Positions 9,369 through 17,670 of a stretch of 55,163 bases of DNA are shown here, piece after piece (position 1 is the first letter of the stretch; every line of letters begins with the position of its first letter). Both the position numbers and the translations under genes were made by a program. The stretch is from the NCBI GenBank assembly GCA_945952245.1, contig CAMFHT010000001.1, positions 1 through 55,163 of the forward strand, read 5' to 3'. The notes under the pieces were generated by a model. That model was given only the letters and a program-made list of their open reading frames with translations. It had not been told where the DNA came from and did not search any database. This DNA comes from an uncultured Rhizobium sp. (GTDB taxonomy: Bacteria > Pseudomonadota > Alphaproteobacteria > Rhizobiales > Rhizobiaceae).

Positions 9369-9752
9369 GATACACCATTGATCAGGGTTAACGGGCGATT
9401 GAATGATGATTCAAAAACTTAAACAAACCGTTATCTGCTGTCAGCCATCAAGTAGATTGCAGGACAAGCCAATATTTATCGATTCCGCGGTGTAAGCGCT
9501 TTGGAATATAAAGGTCGTTTTACATAGAATAATTTATCAATCAGGTGTCTTACAAGGCGAAAGAAATCTGAGTATTGGGATCGGCATTCATCAATCGCCG
9601 CCTGTGGATGAAGGCAGCCGCGATCACGAGCACCTGCATTGCGCACTCATCAAGCGCTGTTCCATGAATATCTTGCTCGCGAGAAATTCATGATGCCGAA
9701 CAGGCCCATAGGGTAAAAACATTCTTAAATCACTATCGAACTGGTAGAGATA

Positions 9753-9781
9753 CTTGACTCCGTTCATCATTGTGTCATGTT
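9753..9781 (+). promoter_or_regulatory. Putative sigma70-type promoter CTTGAC-N17-CATGTT
   Basis: Good -35 box and 17-nt spacing, about 45 nt before the ORF at 9827. Confidence 0.4.
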
Positions 9782-9826
9782 TATGGCACGGGCCGTTTGA
9801 GGCAGCCCGCGCACGGGGAGGTGTAA

Positions 9827-10009
9827 ATGTTCTATTTCGGTGGAATGACATTGGGTTACCTCACCCCGCCGGTCCAGATGGCCGGTGTCAAGAACGGCGA
9901 AATTGTGGCGTCGGATCGTCGCGACGATGATGGCCAGCAGAGTACAGATCGGCTTCCTGACGTCAGAAGCCTTCTCGCGCGGGCTAACTGGTTTGGCCTC
10001 TACTGGTGA
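9827..10009 (+). CDS. Small hypothetical protein (60 aa)
   Basis: Strong RBS GGGGAGGT just before ATG, upstream promoter-like sequence, otherwise empty intergenic space. Confidence 0.6.
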   Translation: MFYFGGMTLGYLTPPVQMAGVKNGEIVASDRRDDDGQQSTDRLPDVRSLLARANWFGLYW

Positions 10010-10107
10010 TCCATGACGAAGCTTTCCCGGGGCGCCTGTTCCGGGCCGGCAGAGACTTCCAGCCCGCCCGAGCAAGGCTTGACAGCGGGGCAAATGGTGG
10101 AGACGAC

Positions 10108-10278
10108 ATGTCCAACATTGATTTTTCCGTGAAATCGCCGGCCTTTACATCGGGCCGTACACACGCCGGCAGCGGCGCACGCACAGCACGGCAGAAGGTG
10201 CAGATGGTCCTCAACACGGCGCTGATCGCAGCCGCCTTCCTGTTCGTGACCGCCGCAGTCCTCGGTATTTTCCCCTGA
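10108..10278 (+). CDS. Small C-terminally anchored membrane protein (56 aa)
   Basis: GGAG RBS before MSNIDF; hydrophobic tail VLNTALIAAAFLFVTAAVLGIFP; followed by a terminator. Confidence 0.65.
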   Translation: MSNIDFSVKSPAFTSGRTHAGSGARTARQKVQMVLNTALIAAAFLFVTAAVLGIFP

Positions 10279-10296
10279 TCAGGTTGCACGCAACCT

Positions 10297-10329
10297 AAAA
10301 AGGCGCCGGTCGCGAGACCGGCGCCTTTT
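10297..10329. terminator. Bidirectional intrinsic terminator
   Basis: AAAAAGGCGCCGGTC-GCGA-GACCGGCGCCTTTT between convergent genes. Confidence 0.85.
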
Positions 10330-10348
10330 GCATTTGGAATACCCGCTA

Positions 10349-11512
10349 TCAGCTCCGGGCGAGATAGCGTTCCGCAAGCTCCACCCAGAAGGCCGCGCCG
10401 ATTGGCAGCAGATCGTCGTTGAAATCGTATTTCGGGTGGTGCAGCTGCGGGTCGTCAGGGCTCTTCTGGCCACCGAGGAAGAAATAGGTGCCCGGCCGCT
10501 CCTTCAGCATATAGGCGAAGTCCTCGCTGCCCATGGTGGGTCGCGCCATGTCGCGCACCTTGTCCTCGCCGGCGAATTCCTGCGCCAGCGCGCGGGCGAA
10601 ATCCGTCTCCGCCTTGTGGTTGATCGTGGCGTCATAGCTGCGCTCGTAATCCACCGTCGCCGTCATGCCGAAGCTTTTTGCCTGGGACGTGGCGATCTCG
10701 GTGATGCGTTGCTCCAGATAATCTCGCACCTTCGGATCGAAGGAGCGGATGCCGACGACGATCTCCGCCCGTTCCGGAATGATGTTGCTGGCCGAACCCG
10801 CATGGAACGCGCCGATCGTGACCACGGCGGGGTCCATGGGGTGGATGTTGCGGGAGACGATCGTCTGCAGCGCCATCACGATGGACGCTCCGGCGACGAT
10901 CGGATCTGCGGTATCCTGCGGCTCCGCGCCATGCCCACCCTTGCCGTTGAGCGTGATGCGGCACTCGTCCACCGCCGCCATGATCGGCCCTTCGCGGAAG
11001 GCGAAATGGCCGAACGGCAGGCCGGGATCATTGTGAAGTGCGAAGACCGCATCGCAGGGAAAACGGTCGAAGAGGCCTTCCTCGACCATGATCTTGGCGC
11101 CGCCGAAGTTTTCCTCCGCCGGCTGGAAAATCAGGTGCACCGTGCCGTCGAATTCCCGGCGCTCGGCAAGCAGCTTGGCGGCGCCGAGAAGCATGGTCGT
11201 GTGGCCGTCGTGCCCGCAGGCATGCATCATGCCGGGGATCTTCGAGGCATGCTCCGCGCCCGTTTCCTCCACGATCGGGAGCGCGTCGATATCGGCGCGG
11301 ATGCCGATCGAGCGGCTTGAGCTGCCGTTCCGCAGCGTTGCGACGAGGCCCGTCTTCGCGAGCCCACGCGTCACCTCATAGCCCATGGCGGTGAGCTTTT
11401 CGGCGATGTAATCCGAGGTCCTGAATTCGGAGAGGCCGATTTCCGGATACTGGTGGAGGTGATGCCGGATCTCGACGAGCTCGGGCATGGCATTGGAGAA
11501 GGATTGTTTCAT
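10349..11512 (-). CDS. M20 family amidohydrolase (hippurate hydrolase/aminoacylase-like)
   Basis: LHQYPE, RADIDALP, MHACGHDGH, FQPAEE, GSEDF and LHHP motifs. Confidence 0.92.
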   Translation of the reverse strand: MKQSFSNAMPELVEIRHHLHQYPEIGLSEFRTSDYIAEKLTAMGYEVTRGLAKTGLVATLRNGSSSRSIGIRADIDALPIVEETGAEHASKIPGMMHACGHDGHTTMLLGAAKLLAERREFDGTVHLIFQPAEENFGGAKIMVEEGLFDRFPCDAVFALHNDPGLPFGHFAFREGPIMAAVDECRITLNGKGGHGAEPQDTADPIVAGASIVMALQTIVSRNIHPMDPAVVTIGAFHAGSASNIIPERAEIVVGIRSFDPKVRDYLEQRITEIATSQAKSFGMTATVDYERSYDATINHKAETDFARALAQEFAGEDKVRDMARPTMGSEDFAYMLKERPGTYFFLGGQKSPDDPQLHHPKYDFNDDLLPIGAAFWVELAERYLARS

Positions 11513-11513
11513 A

Positions 11514-12326
11514 TCAGGCACCACGGGATGGGATGCGGTTTTCGAGGGTACGGAAACCGAGGATGAGAAGGCCGGTGAGGCAGAGGTAGATCAGAGCCAG
11601 CAAAAGCAAAGGCTCATAGGTGAGATAGGTATCCTGACGGACACGGCTGATGACGCCGAAGACATCGACGACGGTGATGGTTGCGATGAGCGGCGTGGAC
11701 TTGAGCTGCAGCACGGTTTCTCCGTTCAGCGTCGGCAGCGCGCGGTGTACGGCGCGCGGCAGCCATATCCGCCAGAACATCTTGAATCGGCTCATGCCGA
11801 AAGCCTGTGCCGCCTCCAGTTCCCCGCGGGGGACGCCGGCAAAGGCGCCGCGCATGACCTCGCCTTCATAGGCCGCGAAGGATATCGTCAGCGCCGCGAA
11901 GCCGTAGGGCCATGCCTGCCGCAGATAGGGCCAGAGAAAGGATTGGCGGATTTCGGGATATTGCGCGAACAGCGAACCGAGGCCGTAATACAGCAGCCAG
12001 AGCTGCAGCAGCAGCGGCGTACCGCGGATCACGGTACAGAAGACGAGCGACAGCCAGGCGAGCGGTTTTGGTCCCGTAACCTGAACAAGCCCGATCGGCA
12101 CCGCGAAGAAGAAGCCGACGATGGTCGTGGCAAACAGCATGAGAAGCGTTTCGCCGATGCCCGAGACGAGCTTGCCGCTGTATTGCGGTATCCAGTCCCA
12201 TCGCATGAACCACGCGATGCAGAAAATCATGACAGCGAAGATCGCCATCAACACCAGCCGGTGTGGCTCGAACAGGCTACGCGCCTTCGGTGGTACATAG
12301 GCGGGAATGGCTGCGGGTTCGCTCAT
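11514..12326 (-). CDS. Polar amino acid ABC transporter permease (HisM-like)
   Basis: IRGTPLLLQL, EAA loop (GELEAAQAFGMS), multiple TM segments. Confidence 0.92.
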   Translation of the reverse strand: MSEPAAIPAYVPPKARSLFEPHRLVLMAIFAVMIFCIAWFMRWDWIPQYSGKLVSGIGETLLMLFATTIVGFFFAVPIGLVQVTGPKPLAWLSLVFCTVIRGTPLLLQLWLLYYGLGSLFAQYPEIRQSFLWPYLRQAWPYGFAALTISFAAYEGEVMRGAFAGVPRGELEAAQAFGMSRFKMFWRIWLPRAVHRALPTLNGETVLQLKSTPLIATITVVDVFGVISRVRQDTYLTYEPLLLLALIYLCLTGLLILGFRTLENRIPSRGA

Positions 12327-12327
12327 G

Positions 12328-13053
12328 TCAGGCGGTCCTCACGAGCCCTCGGCGGGCGCGTTTTTCGATCAGGCGGATGACGACGTTCGAGACCAGCGTC
12401 AGCGCCAGATAGAGTGCACCGGCGGCGAGGAAAAAGAGCATGTAGGCCTTGGTCGAGCCTGCGGCCTGCCGGGTCACGAGCGTCAACTCGCTGAGGCCGA
12501 TGACGGCGAGCAGTGCCGTATCCTTCGTTGCGATCATCCAGAGATTGGCGAGGCCCGGAATGGCGTGCGGCAGCATGGCCGGAAGCGTCACGCGGCGGAG
12601 CACCATCAGCGGTGACATGCCATAGGCGCGCGCTGCCTCGATCTGGCCGACGGGGACGGCCTTGATGGCCCCACGCAGCACCTCAGTCGAGTAGGCGCCC
12701 TGCACCGCTCCGATCACGAAAATGCCGGCCATCAGAGCATTGATGTCGACGGCGCCATAACCCATGAGCGCGAGCAGCTGGCTGAGTGCATCCGTGCCCG
12801 CATAATAGAGCAGCAGCATCAGCACCAGATCGGGAACGGCGCGGATGAGGGTGGTGTAGATCTCCATGAGATCGCGGATCAGCGGCCCGCCATAGAGCTT
12901 GCCGCAGGCGCCGCCAATGCCGATGGCGAGGCCGAGGAAATAGCCCCCGAAGGCGAGCTTCAGCGACATGTAGAAGCCGCCGAGCATGACGCCGCCCCAG
13001 CCCGGGGCATCATAGGCAAGAAGGTCGAAAACCGATTGGGAGGCTGCGGCCAT
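12328..13053 (-). CDS. Polar amino acid ABC transporter permease (HisQ-like)
   Basis: YTTLIRAVPDL, GQIEAARAYGMS, KDTAL. Start is 13053 or 13065. Confidence 0.92.
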   Translation of the reverse strand: MAAASQSVFDLLAYDAPGWGGVMLGGFYMSLKLAFGGYFLGLAIGIGGACGKLYGGPLIRDLMEIYTTLIRAVPDLVLMLLLYYAGTDALSQLLALMGYGAVDINALMAGIFVIGAVQGAYSTEVLRGAIKAVPVGQIEAARAYGMSPLMVLRRVTLPAMLPHAIPGLANLWMIATKDTALLAVIGLSELTLVTRQAAGSTKAYMLFFLAAGALYLALTLVSNVVIRLIEKRARRGLVRTA

Positions 13054-13078
13054 GGCGCGATCCATTCAACGGGCGGAA

Positions 13079-13113
13079 GGGATGCCGAGCCTGCCTGAGC
13101 GGCGCGGCATCCC
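13079..13113 (-). other. Intra-operon stem-loop after the binding-protein gene
   Basis: GGGATGCCG...CGGCATCCC arms, at the position typical of mRNA-stabilising hairpins in ABC operons. Confidence 0.5.
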
Positions 13114-13122
13114 CTTGAGCCA

Positions 13123-13905
13123 TTACTTGCCGTAGATGTCGAAGTCGAAATACTTCTTCGAGAAGGTGTCGTACGTGCCGTTGGCGCGGATCGCCTTGAT
13201 CGCGGCGTTGATCTTGTCCTTCAGCTCGGTTTCGCCCTTGCGCAGGCCGACGCCGACGCCGAGGCCGAGAATCGAAGGATCGTCCTTGACCACACCCTTG
13301 ACGTCGCAGCAGGCGCCCTGTTCGGACTTCAGGAAGGCGTCGAGGGCGACGGAGTCCGCCTGAACGGCATCGAGACGACCGGCGGCCAGATCGTTGTTTG
13401 CCTCGTCCTGCGTCTGGTATTCCTTGATTTCGGATGCGGTCGGGCCGAAGTACTTCGTTGCATAGGCCTGGTGGATGGTCGAGACCTGAACGCCGATCAC
13501 CTTGCCCTTGAGGCCTTCCGGCGTCGCGTCGAACTTCTGGTCCTTGGGGCCGATCACAACGGTGGGAGTGTTGTAGTACTTGTCGGAGAAGTCGATCGTC
13601 TTCAGGCGCTCCTCGGTGATGGACATGGAGCCGATGATCATGTCGATCTTCTTCGAGGTCAGCGCCGGAATGATGCCGTCCCAGGCGACCGGCGTGATCA
13701 CGCAGTCGAGCTTGGCTTCGGCGCAGATGGCCTTCTGGAAGTCAACTTCCCAGCCCACCCAGTTGCCGCTCGCATCCGGCGAGGTGAAGGGCGGGTAGGG
13801 TTCGGCGGCGAAGCCAACCTTGACCTGATCGGCCTGGGCTGCACCCGTCAGGGCGCCGAGCGTCACGGTCGCTGCTGCAATGGCGATGGCAAATGCTTTT
13901 TTCAT
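13123..13905 (-). CDS. Polar (basic) amino acid ABC transporter substrate-binding protein, SBP family 3
   Basis: Signal peptide, EPYPPF, WDGIIPAL, SMSITEER, DLAAGRLDA. Confidence 0.93.
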   Translation of the reverse strand: MKKAFAIAIAAATVTLGALTGAAQADQVKVGFAAEPYPPFTSPDASGNWVGWEVDFQKAICAEAKLDCVITPVAWDGIIPALTSKKIDMIIGSMSITEERLKTIDFSDKYYNTPTVVIGPKDQKFDATPEGLKGKVIGVQVSTIHQAYATKYFGPTASEIKEYQTQDEANNDLAAGRLDAVQADSVALDAFLKSEQGACCDVKGVVKDDPSILGLGVGVGLRKGETELKDKINAAIKAIRANGTYDTFSKKYFDFDIYGK

Positions 13906-13955
13906 GATGTTCCCTTTTCCTGTCTTATTGTCGTTATCGATCGCTTCTTGCGATT

Positions 13956-14729
13956 TCAGTGGATCGAGCTGATGAACTTTTTCAGCCTTTCCGATTTCGG
14001 CGCGCCGAAAACCTGCTCCGGCGGGCCCTGTTCCTCGATCAGCCCGTTATGCAGGAAGACGACGTGGTTGGAGACTTCCCGGGCGAATTTCATCTCATGG
14101 GTAACGAGGAGCATCGTCCGCTTTTCGCGTGCGAGATCGCCGATGACCGACAGCACCTCGCCGACGAGTTCGGGATCGAGCGCCGAGGTCGGCTCGTCGA
14201 ACAGCATGGCGAGCGGCTGCACCGCGAGCGCGCGGGCAATCGCCGCGCGCTGCTGCTGGCCACCGGAGAGGAAGGATGGGTAGACATCGCGCTTTTCGAA
14301 CAGACCGACCCTTTTCAGGATGGTTTCCGCCGTTGCGATCGCTTGGTCGCGTGGCACGCCGAGCACGTGGATCGGCACTTCGATCACGTTGCCGAGCACC
14401 GTCATGTGCTGCCAAAGATTGAAGCTCTGGAAGACCATGGCAAGGCGCGAGCGAATGCGCTCCACCTGCTTGCGGTTCGCCGGCATCAGGCCTCCCTGGC
14501 CGTCTGTCTTCATGTCGATGGTTTCGCCGTGAACGGCGACGCTGCCGGCAGTCGGCAGCTCCAGGAGATTGATGCAGCGCAGAAAGGTCGATTTCCCCGA
14601 ACCGGAACCGCCGATGATGGCGATCACGTCGCCCTGCTTCGCTGTCAGTGAAATACCCTTCAAGACTTCGAGCGGTCCGAACCGCTTGTGTAGATCCGTG
14701 ACCCGGATCGCCTCCTGTGGGTCCGTCAT
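13956..14729 (-). CDS. Polar amino acid ABC transporter ATP-binding protein (HisP-like)
   Basis: GGSGSGKST, LSGGQQQR, FDEPTSALDPE, VTHEM. Confidence 0.95.
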   Translation of the reverse strand: MTDPQEAIRVTDLHKRFGPLEVLKGISLTAKQGDVIAIIGGSGSGKSTFLRCINLLELPTAGSVAVHGETIDMKTDGQGGLMPANRKQVERIRSRLAMVFQSFNLWQHMTVLGNVIEVPIHVLGVPRDQAIATAETILKRVGLFEKRDVYPSFLSGGQQQRAAIARALAVQPLAMLFDEPTSALDPELVGEVLSVIGDLAREKRTMLLVTHEMKFAREVSNHVVFLHNGLIEEQGPPEQVFGAPKSERLKKFISSIH

Positions 14730-14856
14730 GCAAATCCTTCCCATGCCGGCTTCTGCCGGCTCTTCTTATCGTTCAGTGTTCCCCAGCACTTGTTTATGCC
14801 CCTCGGATGCTGACCCCGGAAGCGTTGGTTGAGGGGAGTTTTGCACTTGTGCAGGA

Positions 14857-14874
14857 ATTATTCAAGCGTATAAT
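14857..14874. promoter_or_regulatory. ATTAT-N8-ATAAT inverted repeat in divergent promoter, candidate TetR operator
   Basis: ATTATTCAAGCGTATAAT; the right arm overlaps a TATAAT -10-like hexamer. Confidence 0.45.
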
Positions 14875-14917
14875 AGCGCGATCATCTCATCGGACAAAAT
14901 CGCAGCGGGAGTTTTCA

Positions 14918-15790
14918 ATGAAGCGTTTCGGATCGCAGGACATGTCCTTGCCTCTCCGCCGGGTCCTCATGCGCCGGCCGGGACCGAGCCTGATCGCTGC
15001 CGATCGCGCCAAATGGCATTACGGCCCGAGCTTCGACGGCGCGAAGGCCGTCAGCCAGTACGGCGCCTTCGCTTCGCTCGTTGAAAAGTCCGGTGCCGAG
15101 ATCCTCTGGATCGAGGACGACGGCGATGGCATGGCGGATGCCATGTTCACCCACGACCCTTCGCTGATGACGGATGAGGGCGCGCTTATCCTCAACATGG
15201 GCAAGGCACTGCGCAAGGGCGAACCCGGCCTTCATGAAGAGGCCTATCGCAAGGCCGGCATCCCGATCCTCGGGCGCGTCGAGGCGCCGGGGACCGTCGA
15301 AGGCGGGGACTGCATCTGGGTGGACGCGAAGACGCTTGCCATTGGACGCGGCGTCCGCTCCAACCAGGCGGGCATCGACCAGGTGGCGGCGATCCTGAAG
15401 CCACTCGGAGTCACGGTGCTCACCTATGATCTCCCGCTTTGGGCCGGCGAAGAGGCCTGCCTCCACCTGATGTCGGTCATGAGCCCGCTCGCGCCCGATC
15501 TGGCGCTCGTGCATGCGCCGCTGATGCCGGCCGCCTTCTACATGATGCTCAGGGACCGTGGCATCAAGCTCATTCACGCGCCCGAAGACGAGTTCGCGGC
15601 AAGCTTCGGCCTCAACCTCAACGTCCTGCCCGTCAGACCCGGCAAGGTCATCGCCGTCGCCGGTTTCCCGGGCACGAAGGCGGTCATGGAGGCAGCGGGC
15701 TGCGAGGTCGAAACCTTTGAGGCGGACCCCCTCTGCATCGCCTGCGAAGGCGGGCCCACCTGCCTCACCCGTCCGGTCTGGCGCGGATGA
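14918..15790 (+). CDS. Amidinotransferase/pentein family hydrolase (arginine deiminase / dimethylarginine dimethylaminohydrolase-like)
   Basis: DAMFTHDP, EGGD, LHLM and GGPTCLTRP carry the Cys-His-Glu/Asp catalytic set. Start MKRFGS after GGGAG. Confidence 0.88.
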   Translation: MKRFGSQDMSLPLRRVLMRRPGPSLIAADRAKWHYGPSFDGAKAVSQYGAFASLVEKSGAEILWIEDDGDGMADAMFTHDPSLMTDEGALILNMGKALRKGEPGLHEEAYRKAGIPILGRVEAPGTVEGGDCIWVDAKTLAIGRGVRSNQAGIDQVAAILKPLGVTVLTYDLPLWAGEEACLHLMSVMSPLAPDLALVHAPLMPAAFYMMLRDRGIKLIHAPEDEFAASFGLNLNVLPVRPGKVIAVAGFPGTKAVMEAAGCEVETFEADPLCIACEGGPTCLTRPVWRG

Positions 15791-16416
15791 ACCGACGGAC
15801 CTTCCACCGCGCCGGAGAGGCGGAGCGCCGCCGCGACCTGATCGCGGCGACCCTCGACGTCATTGCCGAGCAGGGGCTGAGGGCCGCGACCGTGCGGCAG
15901 ATCTCGGCCCGTGCCGGCGTGACCGGTGGATTGATCCGGCATTATTTCAGCAGCAAGGATCAGATGGTCCAGGCAGCCTATCGCGAGCTGATGCAGGGCA
16001 TGATCCGCTCCGTGGAGGCGGCGGCGGAGAACGGGGCGACGACGAAGGAGCGGCTGCGCAACTTCATCACCGGCAACCTGTCGAAGGACGTAACCGATGC
16101 CCGCACCATTTCGCTCTGGGCAGCCTTCATCGGGCATGTGAACCTCGATCCTGTCTTTGCGGAGATTCACCGCGAATACTACCTGGCCTTTCTCGAGAAA
16201 CTCGAGGCGATGCTGGCATCCTATCTCGCAAGCATTGGCCGCAAGACCGACGGTCAGGCGCTGCGCGGCAAGGCGATTGCGATCAACGGCCTGATCGACG
16301 GCCTCTGGCTCGAAAATTCGGTAGCCGGCGATCTCTTCACCGGCCTCGACCCGGACAAGCTTGCACTGCGTTCGGTGGAAGACCTTCTGGGTCTCGATGC
16401 GAACAGCCTGGATTGA
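15787..16416 (+). CDS. TetR family transcriptional regulator (BetI-like)
   Basis: RRRDLIAATLDVIAEQGLRAATVRQISARAGVTGGLIRHYF HTH; IDGLWL C-terminal motif; ATGA overlap. Confidence 0.93.
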   Translation: MNRRTFHRAGEAERRRDLIAATLDVIAEQGLRAATVRQISARAGVTGGLIRHYFSSKDQMVQAAYRELMQGMIRSVEAAAENGATTKERLRNFITGNLSKDVTDARTISLWAAFIGHVNLDPVFAEIHREYYLAFLEKLEAMLASYLASIGRKTDGQALRGKAIAINGLIDGLWLENSVAGDLFTGLDPDKLALRSVEDLLGLDANSLD

Positions 16417-16482
16417 CCGATGCCTTTCCCGCTGCCAAACGCTGCGGGCCAAGCCACTGCTTTGTTATAAAAGGATAAAATC

Positions 16483-17670
16483 ATGCGTTACGCCTCCATC
16501 ACCGAAAGACTGTCCACGCTCGGTTCCGGCAAGTGGGCCGTGCATGCGGAGGCGCGCAACATGGCGTCCAAGGGCGAGAAGATCATCGAGCTCACCATTG
16601 GCGAGCCTGATCTTCCGCCCGATCAGGCGCTGCTCGCCGAATGCGCCCGCGCCATGCATGCCGGCCGGACCCGCTATTCCAACGGACGCGGCGAGCCGGC
16701 CGTGCTGAAGGCGCTGACGGAGAAATACCGCAAGCGCCGCGCCGACGTGACGGAAAGGAACATCCTCTGTTTCCCGGGCACCCAGACGGCCCTCTTCGCC
16801 GTCATGATGGGCATCGCCGAGCATGGCGACGTCGTCCTTGTCGGCGATCCGCTCTATGCGACCTATGAAGGTGTCGTTGCCTCGACCGGTGCCACGCTCA
16901 AGCCCGTGCCGCTCGATCCGGAAAACCGCTTCCACATGCGGGCGGAGGATCTCGAAAAGGCGATCACGCCGGAGTGCCGGGTCCTCCTTCTCAACACGCC
17001 GCACAATCCGACCGGCGCCGTGCTGACGGCGGAGGAGATCGCCGCGATCGGCGAGGTTTGCCGCCGTCATGACCTCTGGATCGTCTGCGACGAGGTCTAT
17101 GAAGAACTGATCTTCGGTACCGGTTTCGCGTCGCCCTTCGACAATCCCGATCTGGCGGACCGTACGATCGTGGTCTCCTCGATCTCCAAGTCCCATGCCG
17201 CGCCGGGCTTCCGCAGCGGCTGGGCGGCGGGGCCGGAGGAGTTCTGCGCCCGCGTGCTGCCGGTCTCCGAGACCATGCTCTTCGGCGTCCAGCCCTTCAT
17301 CTCCGACATGACGGCGATGGCCGTCTCGCAGCGTTTCGACACGGCAGAGATCATGCGGAAGAACTATCTCCGACGCGCGAAAATCGTCGAAAAGGCGCTG
17401 TCTGGCGAGCCGCTCCTGAAGGTCATGATGCCGGAAGGCGGCATGTTCATCCTCGTCGACGTCGGCGCGACCGGGCTCGACGGCGAGGCCTTCGCCTGGG
17501 AGCTTCTAAGGACGCAGAAGGTGGCGGTCATGCCCGGCTCGTCCTTCGGCGAGGAGGCGCGCAATTTCATCCGTATCTCGCTCACCGTTCCCGACGACAT
17601 GCTTGAGATCGCCATGACCCGCGTGGCGGAACAGGCGAGACTGCTGGCACGGGAGGCGAAGCGCGCATGA
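16483..17670 (+). CDS. PLP-dependent class I/II aminotransferase, arginine:pyruvate transaminase AruH-like
   Basis: LTIGEPD, NTPHNPTG, DEVY, SISKSHAAPGFRSGW. Translationally coupled to the AruI-like gene. Confidence 0.85.
   Translation: MRYASITERLSTLGSGKWAVHAEARNMASKGEKIIELTIGEPDLPPDQALLAECARAMHAGRTRYSNGRGEPAVLKALTEKYRKRRADVTERNILCFPGTQTALFAVMMGIAEHGDVVLVGDPLYATYEGVVASTGATLKPVPLDPENRFHMRAEDLEKAITPECRVLLLNTPHNPTGAVLTAEEIAAIGEVCRRHDLWIVCDEVYEELIFGTGFASPFDNPDLADRTIVVSSISKSHAAPGFRSGWAAGPEEFCARVLPVSETMLFGVQPFISDMTAMAVSQRFDTAEIMRKNYLRRAKIVEKALSGEPLLKVMMPEGGMFILVDVGATGLDGEAFAWELLRTQKVAVMPGSSFGEEARNFIRISLTVPDDMLEIAMTRVAEQARLLAREAKRA

Noticed and set aside
14730-14917. Guanidine riboswitch upstream of the guanidino module
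   Set aside because: No paired ACGR-loop hairpins or other ykkC-type consensus seen by eye; an Rfam scan would settle it.
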